63,166 nt of DNA, filler included, from Octopus bimaculoides (GCF_001194135.2; 10 parts of 10 records of this genome joined end to end with filler, not necessarily neighbours in it); one strand, 5' to 3'. Counted from the first letter of the whole stretch, positions 50,821-63,166 are shown. Translations and numbers: made by a program. The notes: generated by a model from the sequence alone, not told the origin.

Positions 50821-52285
50821 CTATTCTTACTATCGTTCAACCAGGGCAACAGACAACTTGCAAAACGCAACAGCAGAATCTTGCTCAACCAATTGAAGTA
50901 AATTTATAAAAATTAAAATTAATGGAATAAAAGGAATTTTTTGCGGGTAAATGATAAACTGCATAAGAAGTCAAACTGCTTCCACGGAGGAAAGAAACCC
51001 ATAGATAAAACTTAAGAAAGCAGCAGACGCGTAGGTGTGAATGGGAGAAAAGGCTCGTAGATGTAGGGAAATGAGATTAACTGCGGCTTTGTATACCTCA
51101 GGTACTCTCAGAGATTCGTTAAACAGAATGGTTTTACAGTTCTATATTCAAGAGATGAGGAATTATCTGGGAAATAACCCTGAAACCCGGGTCCGTTCGT
51201 GCTACAGATCACGANNNNNNNNNNNNNNNNNNNNNNNNNNNNNNNNNNNNNNNNNNNNNNNNNNNNNNNNNNNNNNNNNNNNNNNNNNNNNNNNNNNNNN
51301 NNNNNNNNNNNNNNATTATTATTATTATTATTATTATTATTATCATCACTATCATTATTATTATTATTAAAGATCATCATTATTGAAGCTGGCTTTTCCC
51401 TTTCATCTTTCCTGAGTCTATAAAACAAGAACCAGACAAATATTGTGGGAGTCGATTAAATCGACTTTACACTTCCCTCAGAAATTTGTGGCGCTCTGCC
51501 AATATTAGAAACGCACATTGCAAAGGTTTATGTCGATTGCCCTAAATTGCCCTAAGTGTTTGCCCTCCTCCTGGTTTTCGTAGTTCTTCCTTTTTTTACT
51601 TCTGTTATTTATTGTTAGTTTTTTTTATTTTAGTATTGTTTTTTTTTTGGTTGTTGTTGCTGATTTTCTCCTTTTCTCCCTCCCCCCTTCCAACACACAG
51701 CACTGATAGTTTGATATTGTTTTAAAGTACTTATCGTTCTTGTAGTGCCCTCAACGTATTGGGCCCTAGTGACCAATTAAAGAAAATCATTATTAATATN
51801 NNNNNNNNNNNNNNNNNNNNNNNNNNNNNNNNNNNNNNNNNNNNNNNNNNNNNNNNNNNNNNNNNNNNNNNNNNNNNNNNNNNNNNNNNNNNNNNNNNNN
51901 NNNNNNNNNNNNNNNNNNNNNNNNNNNNNNNNNNNNNNNNNNNNNNNNNNNNNNNNNNNNNNNNNNNNNNNNNNNNNNNNNNNNNNNNNNNNNNNNNNNN
52001 NNNNNNNNNNNNNNNNNNNNNNNNNNNNNNNNNNNNNNNNNNNNNNNNNNNNNNNNNNNNNNNNNNNNNNNNNNNNNNNNNNNNNNNNNNNNNNNNNNNN
52101 NNNNNNNNNNNNNNNNNNNNNNNNNNNNNNNNNNNNNNNNNNNNNNNNNNNNNNNNNNNNNNNNNNNNNNNNNNNNNNNNNNNNNNNNNNNNNNNNNNNN
52201 NNNNNNNNNNNNNNNNNNNNNNNNNNNNNNNNNNNNNNNNNNNNNNNNNNNNNNNNNNNNNNNNNNNNNNNNNNNNNNNNNNNNN

Positions 52286-52326
<41 letters not shown>

Positions 52327-52483
52327 CATATATATATATATATGTATATATTTATATACATATATATGTATATATGTATATATTTATATATTATATATAT
52401 GTATATATATATAATATAATATATATATATAATGTATGTATGTCTGTGCGTGCGGAAGCTTTTACCCACAAAAAAATAAGGTT

Positions 52484-52568
52484 GACAGTGACTTCGAGGT
52501 TTCAGCATGAGCTCCTTCGTAAAGCTGTCTAAAGAAGACGCACAAGCCGAAACTTCGAAGTCCCTGTC
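52484..52568. ncRNA. Back-to-back inverted pair of degenerate type I hammerhead motifs
   Basis: + : CTAAAGA-agacgcacaagcc-GAAAC-ttcgaa-GTC-cctgtc. - : gacag-c-TTTACGA-aggagctcatgct-GAAAC-ctcgaa-GTC-actgtc. Confidence 0.6.
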
Positions 52569-53380
52569 GACTTTTCCTTGTGAAATTTTAATAAACATGT
52601 ACTTTCTTAAAAACTACTGAGTAATCGTACGGCTTATTGTTAATTAGCTTTTGTATATAACTTCACATAAAAGCAAGCATTACTCAAATTCCAACACCGG
52701 CCTACTCAGCGTCACTATCCTCTCCAAACAGGACTTGAAAAAAATCGATGAGAGCTTGTCCGATGAGAAAATTATCTGTCTTCATTACAAATCCTCTATG
52801 CGGCGATATATCGAATAAGATGGAGGTTTTTGTCTGGAATCGCAAAGGTTTTGGCGCCCCCGATTATACATCCCATGATAAACGAGGCAGACAGACACAC
52901 AGATACACAGACAGCAAGCTATTTTACTAGTTGATATAAAAGCGAAGATTTGCACAATTTCAAATACATTACAACATCTAAGCATTTCTACGTACGTGTA
53001 TTTGTATATTTATACATAAACATTATACATTCACACACATATATTCGCAGTACATTTGAATTGAAATTACGTGAGCTATTTTTCCGAAGGGGATTCTTTG
53101 TGGAGATAAACACTTGTCTTATCTGATTAATATACCTGATTCGCTATTACAAACACTACAATATAAATGCATGTGTGCACACACACACATACATATTTAT
53201 ATGTATGTATGCACGATCTTAATTTCTTTTTCTGCCAAGAGAGCAAAGCTTGCTGCCATTTATACACAGTGGTAAAGGTGTACGTCTTCGTCATTTTTGA
53301 TCGGCTGCTGCTGTTCCGGAAGTTGATAAGTCTACGACTGTTCATCTCCGGAAGGAAGTGACGGTATAAGCTGACAACGC

Positions 53381-53429
<49 letters not shown>

Positions 53430-54373
53430 TACATACATATACGTACACACATGCACGCCCACATGCATGTACGCATCTACACACGTACGCACTTACGCAC
53501 GCTCTTTAGAATAAGCTTCGCTTTTAGTTTAATCTTTTAAAAAAAAGAAGAAAAAAACTAAACTTTATTTACTCCTTTTCAGAAATATGTTTATACTTAA
53601 TAGAAATGTAGGAGTGAATGAAGGGGAGAGAGAGGATGAGGTACAAGAAGAAGGTCAAAGAAAGAAAGTATGAAAGAATCAAAGAAAATCAGCCGAATTC
53701 TTCGTATCTAGATTGCTGTCTTTTATATTTAATCTTTTATTTCCTCCGTTAGGAAATAACATGCTTTGGTTATATTAACATATGTTATTTATTGACACGA
53801 CTGCCGATTTTCTCTGCTAGATATATGCGTAGATAGGTAGGTAAATAGGTCTGCCTACACTGATCAAAATTTCACCGACTCATAACTAAAACCGAAAATT
53901 ATATTGTAAAACTCCCCAGGACGAAATAACTTCTCTAAATGAATCTATTTGGAAGACACTCTTTCACTATTTTGTTCTTAACCCATTGTCTGCCATGAGC
54001 TTCATTCGGGGATCTGCTAAAAACAGTCTCACTTCCGGTTGTTCGTTGTATTTAAAATGAATTGCTTATGTACAGTGCATTTGCAGGGATGTATTTAACA
54101 ATATTTAGAAGTTAAAGTTTGTCATTATTAGCTCTGGTTAATTCCAGAGGACATTTTATGTCATAAATCGCAATTTTTGAACTACAAAAATATTGAATGT
54201 TTTGAAAACGTTTTTTTTTTTTATCATTTCCCATCTCTATCATTCATTGATATTTCATACACATTCACATTTGATACTATGGTTTCGAAAAAACTAAAAT
54301 ATTTATTATTGCAATTGAATAAAAAAGGATACCTATGCTTTTTTCAGTGATCCCTATTTGGGACTTTTTATTG

Positions 54374-54415
54374 ATATACCTGAAGAGACCCAGAACGGGT
54401 CGAAACATGTGTTGT
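54374..54415 (+). ncRNA. Hammerhead-like motif, core and stem II intact, cleavage site and stem I degenerate
   Basis: CTGAAGA-gaccc[agaac]gggtc-GAAAC-atgt-g; palindromic acatgt, but G at position 17 and no clean stem I. Confidence 0.5.
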
Positions 54416-54503
54416 ACCCAATAAAGTCTATTACACATTCCATCTCCTATTTCATTAATACTATTTACATATATATATATAGTCTGTTAAAGTCTGTCAT
54501 ACC

Positions 54504-54543
54504 GGCCATGACGAAGGGAAATAGCCCTGAAACTCGAGTCGCC
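54504..54543 (+). ncRNA. Minimal type I hammerhead motif with a 1-nt core defect
   Basis: ggc-CaTGACGA-aggg[aaatag]ccct-GAAAC-tcga-GTC-gcc; perfect palindrome actcgagt in stem III. Confidence 0.6.
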
Positions 54544-54854
54544 TTTATATATTTATATTTATATATTTGATCCTTTATATTGAACACTCAATATTTCATC
54601 NNNNNNNNNNNNNNNNNNNNNNNNNNNNNNNNNNNNNNNNNNNNTTAATTAATTAANNNNNNNNNNNNNNNNNNNNNNNNNNNNNNNNNNNNNNNNNNNN
54701 TAGCATGCTTTTGCATGCAAGTAATTTCTCTTTCGATATATTCAAAATTCTTTTCCTAGGCTTCAAAGCCTCGGCAAAGTTCGTTGTGGTGGTGGTAGTG
54801 GTGGTATCAGTGGTGAGGACAGTGGTTTTGTTAGCAAGGACATTTGTGTCCTTG

Positions 54855-54885
<31 letters not shown>

Positions 54886-55682
54886 TGTTGTTGTTGTTGT
54901 TGTTGTTGTCACTGGTTACGTTGGCAGGCAAGACTGCTGTAGCAGCAGAGTCTTTCTTTTTCTCCATTCTCTCCTTTAACTGTGAGGAAGGAAGACTAGG
55001 AAATTCTTTTTCGAACGAAACACTGATAGATAGATTTGCCAGCGTTCTTTTTCTTAGATTTATGTTGAGTCTTGGTGGGCGGTTTTTACGTAGTTGTTGT
55101 TGTTGTTGCTTTTGTTGTTGGTGGTGCTGTTGCTACTGATGTCGCTGCCGCTGCTGCTGCTGCTGCTGCTGCTGCTGTTATTGAAATTGCAGACCTGTTT
55201 TTAACTTAAATTGAAATAAATATAGATACAAATATGAAGCAAATGAAAACATTGGACCTCTATTATTAGACAATTCGCCATGAAGCCATCAATATTTATC
55301 AAAGTACATTTCGTTGTTGTTGTTGTTGTATCAGATGACCAACTAACTATACAATCGGGATTTAATTGCTCAAAGAATTACAGCCAGAGGCTCTTAGGTA
55401 CTGCTATTTTCGAATACGTACAGTTCATTTTAATAACTCTAATCAATGCAAGAATATTTTGAAGAGTTTTTACCATTGGATACAATTCTTAAATACATGT
55501 TTCTACAAATACACTTCAGACTGATGTCTGTTTACCATTATTTTCTTTAAGCAATTCTCGGAGATAATTTACTTGTTAGAATCATTTTGCAATTTAATGT
55601 TGATACGACACTTTTATGTTTAGCGATATACACACACGCCCACGTACATACATACATACTTGTATGTATGCATATATGTACC

Positions 55683-55961
55683 GTCATTGAGGTCAGCTGT
55701 CCTGCTGATGTGAATACATCTTTGGAAATCAAATAGAAAGAGGGTAACTATGGACACCTGCTTCAAAACCACCAGATTTTATATCCAGATCATAAATTCA
55801 CGTCTATACCAATAATAATCGGTGCACTTGGTTTTGTGAGGAAATGCCTAAGTGGCAGTCTAGGTAAGCTAGGATTTTCAGAAAAAGAAATCGAACTAAC
55901 TCTTACAAATGTAAGCAGAACAGTAAAAATCTGTAAGACTTTTCTCAAGTTTAGAATGTGA
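55683..55961 (+). mobile_element. RLE-type non-LTR retrotransposon C-terminal fragment (third family)
   Basis: VIEVSCPADVNTSLEIK*KEGNYGHLLQNHQILYPDHKFTSIPIIIGALGFVRKCL…TVKICKTFLKFRM*. Confidence 0.7.
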
Positions 55962-56189
55962 CTTCGACGTATTTTCAAGAGATGTCGCAACTAGTTACTT
56001 TTGAAGTTTTCTATGCCCACATGACATAACAAGCTAAAACAAAACGATATGATAGGAGAAAAGGCGAGAACAAAGTGGCGGTAAAAGGTGGAAGGTTGAA
56101 AACACCGGAAAATGAGAAGGCAACAGAAAAAAAAAGAAAAAAAGAGGGGGAGGATAAAATTTATGTCCCCTTTGACTATAATGTCCAAT

Positions 56190-56473
56190 GGCTGAGTGAT
56201 TATGACTCTAGAGTCCGCGGAGCAGCTAGTAAGTTGGCTAGTCACTTATGGGGTTTGAAGTCTAACGCCACGCCACATACAATAAAGTGGAAAATAGTTG
56301 AAAAATCCACACCATATGTCAACGGCTCAAAACAAATGTCAGCTATACGTAACTGAAAGAACACAGATCCTTTTCAGATTTAAGAACTCCACCGCACTGC
56401 TGAATTCCAGATCTGAAATTTTCAGGAGGTGTAAGCATATGGTTAAGATCCTGTTGGCAAAGATGATAATTAC

Positions 56474-56511
<38 letters not shown>

Positions 56512-56589
56512 AGAATTCGCAAAAAAAACAACAGACGAAGACAGGTGGTGTAGAAAACAAATAGATGTATTAGTATAACGCTCGGGAAT

Positions 56590-56590
<1 letters not shown>
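56190..56590 (+). mobile_element. Penelope-like element 3' end (GIY-YIG C-terminus, Naiad/Chlamys-like) plus terminal repeat start
   Basis: ASKLASHLWGLKSNATPHTIKWKIVEKSTPYVNGSKQ/CQLYVTERTQILFRFKNSTALLNSRSEIFRRCKHMVKILL, resembling the CxLCxxEK…LLNxRSE…CxH pattern. Confidence 0.7.
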
Positions 56591-56633
<43 letters not shown>

Positions 56634-56669
56634 TATATATATATATATCTGTGTGTGTGTATATATGTA

Positions 56670-56850
56670 TATGCATCTGTGTGTGTATGTGTTTGTCACC
56701 CACAATCACTTGACAATCGGTGGTAGCTTGTTTACGATCCTGTAACTTAGCAGTTCGGTAGAATAAGTAACCATCTGAAAAAAATCATAATTACTAGGGT
56801 TGGTCTGATTGGCTGCGCTCCATAAAGGCCGCAGTCCAATGACTGAAACT
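56670..56850 (+). mobile_element. SINE family A, 3' half
   Basis: gtttgtcacccacaatcacttgacaatcgg…aacttagcagttcgg…ggccgcagtccaatgactgaaac. Confidence 0.75.
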
Positions 56851-58308
56851 AGTACAAGATACTCTTGTTGTCATCGTCGTCGTCGTTGTTATTGTCGTTG
56901 TTCTTCTTCTTCTTCTTCTTCTTTCACTCTCCCCTCTTTTCCCGAAAGAAAAAATAAAGAAAAGCAAAACGAGATACAATGGAAAATATTCTCACCTCAC
57001 CTACACACGCACTGTCTTAATTAGAATAATTTGTTTTGTTCATATATTTATTTATTTGTTTGCTTGTTTAATTAATTATTCGCGTTTGTAGTGAACGGTC
57101 GTAGGAAGAGAAGGAAAGGGAGAGTGAATTAAGGGCAGCCGAAAAGGAAATGTTATGTTTTTGCCTTCAACATTAACACATCTGTCGGGTGTGAAGCCAA
57201 AAAAAAAAAAAAAAAAAAAGCTAAAAACAAACAAAAATAAAATGCAAGAACACCATGTAACCGTTACTGTCCGAATTATAATATTTGTTTTAGTAAAGCA
57301 CCTGACGGAACAGAATGAGAATGCTACAAGCATCACCACACCGACACCACTAGCCAAGAGACAGACGTCCTCTCTATACACACACGGAGATACTTAAAGT
57401 CGAGTCACGAAACCGAGGCAACGATAGATTTGCATAATAAACTGTTTTACTGGAATTCACGAGCAAGCTGAGTTACGAGATAAAACGAAGCTAAACGCTG
57501 TTAGTTGTAAATAAATGTACAACACAACACACTGCTATGTCTAACATTGGATGATACCATGTGTTAGTGTGCGAGAACTATGAGAATTTTCTTTGTGTAT
57601 TTTGATGGGGGATTGTGGTGCTGGTTATTGTCTCCTTTTTTTCTTGATTTTTTTTAATAAAAAAAGATACAATAACAAGAAACAAGACAATAATAATATA
57701 TACAAGAGCAACAGCATACAAAAAAAATACCCAGCAAAAAAAAAAACGTACAAGCAAAACGGACAGTTTTGTGATTTGTATTCAAATGTCGACACATCTC
57801 TGTTTAAACCAACATTATATCTTTATTTGTAAATATAATTCATCTGTCGAATCTTTTCAAATGTCTTTTAAGGCGGGGCAGCACTGAATCATGAAATATC
57901 TCACCACATCTATCTATCTGTCTATACAATACTATACTATACACACACACACACACACAAATACGTATAAATATGATTTTAAAATAAGGACGGTGAACTG
58001 TACATCCTCAAAGCTTTCTATGAGAGTCATATATACAATATACACGCTTTAAAACTTTGTCAGAAACGTGTTTCTACTGTATAGATATTCTAGGATATGA
58101 TATCCTATAGTATCCTATAGCATCCTGTTGGTTCAGTTGCATTATGATTTCATCCAAAGTAAACATATCTATGTGATTAGCCAGAACTTAGATCATACTA
58201 ACTTGTTTGTAAGGTACATACCCGGGTTTCATATCCCTATCGATTCACACACACACACACAAATTATGTATATATATATCTGTAAAAATATGTGATACTC
58301 ATTCGGTA

Positions 58309-58378
58309 GCCATGATAAAACTCCGAGTTTCGGATGCCGGGGTGGGAACCCACGCCACCATCTCTTCAGTTATCCGGC
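58309..58378 (-). ncRNA. Type I hammerhead ribozyme with intact catalytic core
   Basis: Minus strand: gccg-gataa-CTGAAGA-gatg[gtggc gtgg gttc ccac cccgg]catc-c-GAAAC-tcgga-GTT-ttatc-a-tggc. Predicted cleavage between 58319 and 58318. Confidence 0.75.
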
Positions 58379-59086
58379 CATTGAAAATTCCTGTGAAAAA
58401 TGACCGTTAAACAAAGGGAAATTACTGTGTGGCTGACCGTTATTAAGACAAAACAGCTATAGACCGCTAAGTAAGGGGAAGGAGTAAAGGTAAGGGAGTA
58501 GAAAAATTTATAGTGTTCGCGTAAGCGCGCCAATACGTAGATTCGCCTATATGTATATACTCAACCACCCTCGCTTGAAACACACACATTCTCACCCGCA
58601 TACTCGCCAAAAACTATATATATATACATTTACATATATATACCCGCATGCACACCGACACACACACACACGCTCAACACTCTCAACACGCGCGCAAAAA
58701 ACCCCACAAGGCTAAAAACAAAATACAGAAGAAAGTGCGAAAAGCTATAAGGTTAAAACGCGTCTATATGCGCATATTTTCGTATGCACGCACATACATC
58801 TATATACGCACGTACCCGTACATACGCACACATTCACAAGCGCGCACGTAAAGTTCTATGTACGCGTCTATAGACGCACAGGAAAAAAGCAGGGAGGGGA
58901 GAAAAAAATATGTGTGGAAATTATACAAACCATTATCTCTATAAATATGTGAAAAAATATTAAAAAATATATAAGAGAACTAAGTAAAAAGTATAGAGAG
59001 ATAAAATGCTTATACATAGACACAATATAGAAAGCAAGTCCTATCAGTAAACTCAGGGGGACCAAAAACGTAGCAAAGATTTAGCA

Positions 59087-59135
<49 letters not shown>

Positions 59136-59324
59136 CATATATATACATACATACACATATATATACATACATACACATATATATACATACGTACATAAAA
59201 ATTTAGTTAACTTTATACTCACGAGTTTTATGAATGTATATCTTTCATAAGTTTATGTTTCTAACTTTTATTACGCATGCTAACCACTGGTATAAATTAT
59301 TTAACAATTTTACCCGTATACAGG

Positions 59325-59510
59325 AGTTTGCTGTGTGGTAAGTAGCTTGCTTACCAACCACATGGTTCTGGGTTCAGTCCCACTGCGTGGCACCTTGGGC
59401 AAGTGTCTTCTACTATAGTCTCAGGCCGACCAAAGCCTTGTGAGTGGATTTGGTAGACGGAAACTGAAATAAGCCCGTCGTATATATGTATATATATATG
59501 TATATATATA
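59325..59510 (+). mobile_element. SINE family A, 5' half (runs into gap)
   Basis: ggagtttgctgtgtggtaagtagcttgc…ggttcagtcccactgcgtggcaccttgggcaag…gaaactgaaataagcccgtcg(ta)n. Confidence 0.9.
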
Positions 59511-59611
59511 TNNNNNNNNNNNNNNNNNNNNNNNNNNNNNNNNNNNNNNNNNNNNTTAATTAATTAANNNNNNNNNNNNNNNNNNNNNNNNNNNNNNNNN
59601 NNNNNNNNNNN

Positions 59612-59960
59612 GTAGGATCGCGGTTTCGATTCCCAGACCGGGCGTTGTGAGTGTTTATTGAGCGAAAACACCTAAAGCTCCACGAGGCTCTGGCAGGAGA
59701 TGGTGGCAAACCCTGCTGTACTCTTTCACCACAACTTTCTCTCACTCTTACTTCTTGTTTCTGTTGTGCCTGTAATTCAAGGGGCTAGCCTTGTCACACT
59801 CTGTGTCACACTCTGTGTCACGCTGAATATCCCCGAGAACTACGTTAAGGGTACACGTGTCTGTGGAGTGCTCAGCCACTTGCACGTTAATTTCACGAGC
59901 AGGCTGTTCCGTTAATCGGATCATCTGGAACCCTCGACGTCGTAAGCGACGGAGTGCCAC
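59612..59960 (+). mobile_element. SINE family D
   Basis: Near-identical to the reverse complement of 24693-24948, extending to the tail cgacgtcgtaagcgacggagtgcc. Confidence 0.85.
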
Positions 59961-60117
59961 CAATCTTAGTATTGACGAGGTGAAATAAAAGTAAAAGGAA
60001 AAGAAAATTAGAAAAATTATTATTTCTAAATCTCTGAACGAGAAACATTCAGTAAACATTCAGTACTCTAGAGTAAAGCTTATTTGCCAACATAATGTGG
60101 CTGTCTTGGATAGGACG

Positions 60118-60278
60118 AATGTTACTGTTACTTAGCCCCAGGAAACATCGTCTCCAGCTGGTTATCGACGCACTATCTGCGACGATAGCCAGCTGAAGAC
60201 GATGTATATAAGGACGCAGATAATGCATCGATAGCCAGCTGGAAACGATGTTTCCTGGGGCTAAATAACAGTAGCATT
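60118..60278. repeat. Foldback element: 64-bp inverted arms, 33-bp spacer
   Basis: 60118-60181 versus 60215-60278, about 6 mismatches. A single related arm occurs at ~42287-42335. Confidence 0.85.
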
Positions 60279-61026
60279 CGGCCGTAACCAGGACTGCCAC
60301 ATTATGTTGGCAAATAAATTTATTCGAAAGGGAAATTAAGAAACCAAAAAGGAAATAGGAAATTAGTGTTTCTGTACGTGAAAGTAAGAAGAAACAATAC
60401 AACCAAAAGCTCTGAATCCCAAAACGTATTAATGTGAAACCGCGCAAACCTTGTACCGCGCAAACCTTGTACCGCGTAAAACGAGGTACAACTGTATTTC
60501 TGTTTTCTAGAGCGTACTTGTGTCTATCATTATATGTAATGAGAAGTTTTTGTATATCACTCTTTTGGTACCAATTACAAATGGAAAGGTTCGCATATAA
60601 TCCTGAACTGTCATTACGTAGATAATTCAATACCTCGGCTGTATGATGCATTAGTTTCACAACTCACTTCAATTCAAAATTCATTTGGGATATATAAGAT
60701 GATAATCAATACACTATTAGAATTGTTTTAATGGCGCAAAATGAAGTGGTTTATTACGTATTATGTGGTGGACTACTTGTACGATACAGTTTATTACAAT
60801 CCATTTGTTAAGGTGACGTTTCTGTCTGATTGATTGCTTTATTTCATCATTTTAAACTCGACATCCATCCACTTTCTCATTATTGTTTGTGCGTTTTACT
60901 TTCTCTCTCGCCTTTGTAAGTTTAATAACGAAAGAATTATCGTAAATTGTTCTAGTCATTGCTATTATCGTTATTATTGTTATTATTAGTATTCAATGAA
61001 TTATTTAAAAATCAAAAATATTATTA

Positions 61027-61686
<660 letters not shown>

Positions 61687-61702
61687 ATTATTATTATTAT
61701 TG

Positions 61703-61900
61703 TTCAGTAGTTTTATTTTTATAAAGTGCTTTCAATTCACTACCGAGCGCAGCTCTGTGTGCCTTGGGTATGTGCTGTGGTTTGCTGTGATGCTCTTATG
61801 GTTACTGTATTGAAAGTGTTTTGCGTAGGATGTGTGCAGTGCCCAGTAGTGCAATTTTCTGTATGTTATATATATTTGTATGTCCTGGTGTTTTTGTTAT

Positions 61901-61905
<5 letters not shown>
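61703..61905 (-). mobile_element. 5'-truncated R4/Dong-like retrotransposon, copy 2
   Basis: Diverged duplicate of the last ~200 bp of copy 1, with the same 3' end and (AAT)n on both sides. Confidence 0.85.
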
Positions 61906-61953
<48 letters not shown>

Positions 61954-63166
61954 GTTGTTGTTGTTGTTGTTGTTGGTGGTGGTGGTGTTATTATNNNNNN
62001 NNNNNNNNNNNNNNNNNNNNNNNNNNNNNNNNNNNNNNTTAATTAATTAANNNNNNNNNNNNNNNNNNNNNNNNNNNNNNNNNNNNNNNNNNNNATGGTA
62101 GAAATAATCGTTTCTTTTAGACTCACCTACATCGTGTGTGTGTGTGTGTGTGAACAGAAATTATGTATGTTTGCGTTTTGTGTCTTTTATTTAAGATTTA
62201 GCAATTTTAAGAAATTAGCTCAGTGTCGATGTGCGGTTCACAAGTTCATGTTCAAGTAGTTAATGATAATTAATGATAATTAATGATAATTAATGATAAT
62301 TAATGATAAGTTACATCTTGATGTGTTCCATGCTGGCAGTTATACTTCATAAATTTCCAGGTCGATCAAAACCATGTCAGGAAAATTTGGTTGATGGAAA
62401 CCGCGTGGAAACCCAGTGAAGAAGACGTCTTTGTTTGTGGCTTGTTAGAGTTAATGCAGTCCCCATTTAAACACTACTTTGCACTTCATGACCTGTATAG
62501 GAGGACCTTCCATATGAACTATTTCAGTTACATTTCACGTCCAAGGAAATCTTTCTTCCTTTCTAATCTGAAAACACTACAATGTAAAGTGCCACGGGCA
62601 TTATCTTAACTTATCGAATAAATCTTCTATTGTATTGATTAACAGGTGAACGATTAAAGCAAATGAAAATCCCACGCATAAAACTGTCCATAAAACAATT
62701 CATTTACGCTTCATACGCAGATGAAATTCTAAAAATGAAGAGAGAAAAAATACGAAATATAAAGCGACGGAAAGAACATCTGTGAAGTGAACTTAACTCG
62801 GTAATCAGTTTACAAATATGTAGTGTAAAGTTTTGATGCTTTATAAAACTTGTTATTTTTAATAAAAAGAAATGGATGTAATAAACAGAGAATTTATACG
62901 AGCTACTATAAGTTTCATGCACGGGTAGTATAGTAACTTGACTGTGTTTTCTTTAGAGTAGGTGATCAAGCCTGACGAATTACTGTTCAGCCTGAATCTG
63001 AAATTTCTAGTAGCTAGTTGCTGACACATGTTTCCTGTGTAAATCGAATGTGGCTTATCTCTCACTCGATTGATTACAACTTTTGTTGAATCCACCGACA
63101 ATGGAACAGTATACAATGTATGAGTGTGTGTATATATATAAATAAATAAATAAATATATATATATA

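Noticed and set aside
50352-50901. Mucin-like or Gly/Ser/Val-rich ORFs on both strands
   Set aside because: Compound trinucleotide repeats open in several frames, with no recognisable domain.
60435-60496. pogo/Tigger-like terminus (…cgaggtacaactg|ta) with a 17-bp direct repeat
   Set aside because: Only one end was found, so no element can be delimited.
62970-63010. ctgacga…gaaa motif
   Set aside because: No convincing stems; compatible with chance.

Overview
AT-rich, microsatellite-dense, gapped animal scaffold. The repeat families and the CEICGKSF-type C2H2 arrays point to an octopus genome, probably Octopus bimaculoides; this is inference from recall, not a search. The only convincing host genes are two tandem, closely related multi-C2H2 zinc-finger paralogues on +. 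Gene 1 (10305-12362) has an open frame interrupted by an 891-N gap. Gene 2 (15891-17639) has 19 intact fingers, mostly a strictly alternating two-finger 168-bp repeat, followed by a frameshifted and stop-containing finger tail to ~19584. The rest is transposon debris: about four tRNA-derived SINE families, RTE LINE 3' ends, three R4/Dong-like RLE fragments, a CRE-like fragment with a PHD finger, a decayed near-full-length Neptune-type Penelope element plus other PLE pieces, a Ty3/Gypsy-like LTR with a tRNA-Trp PBS, a maT/DD37D-like transposon, TA and TTAA MITEs, and Helitron/HINE-like pieces. Reading by eye also found several type I hammerhead ribozyme motifs with palindromic stem III. One has an intact core (58309-58378, -), one is a back-to-back inverted pair (52484-52568), and three more are degenerate. 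No real tRNA or rRNA gene, CRISPR array or prokaryotic feature is supported. Most ORF-track entries are artefacts of microsatellites or N runs. All identifications and coordinates come from manual reading; repeat boundaries are approximate.
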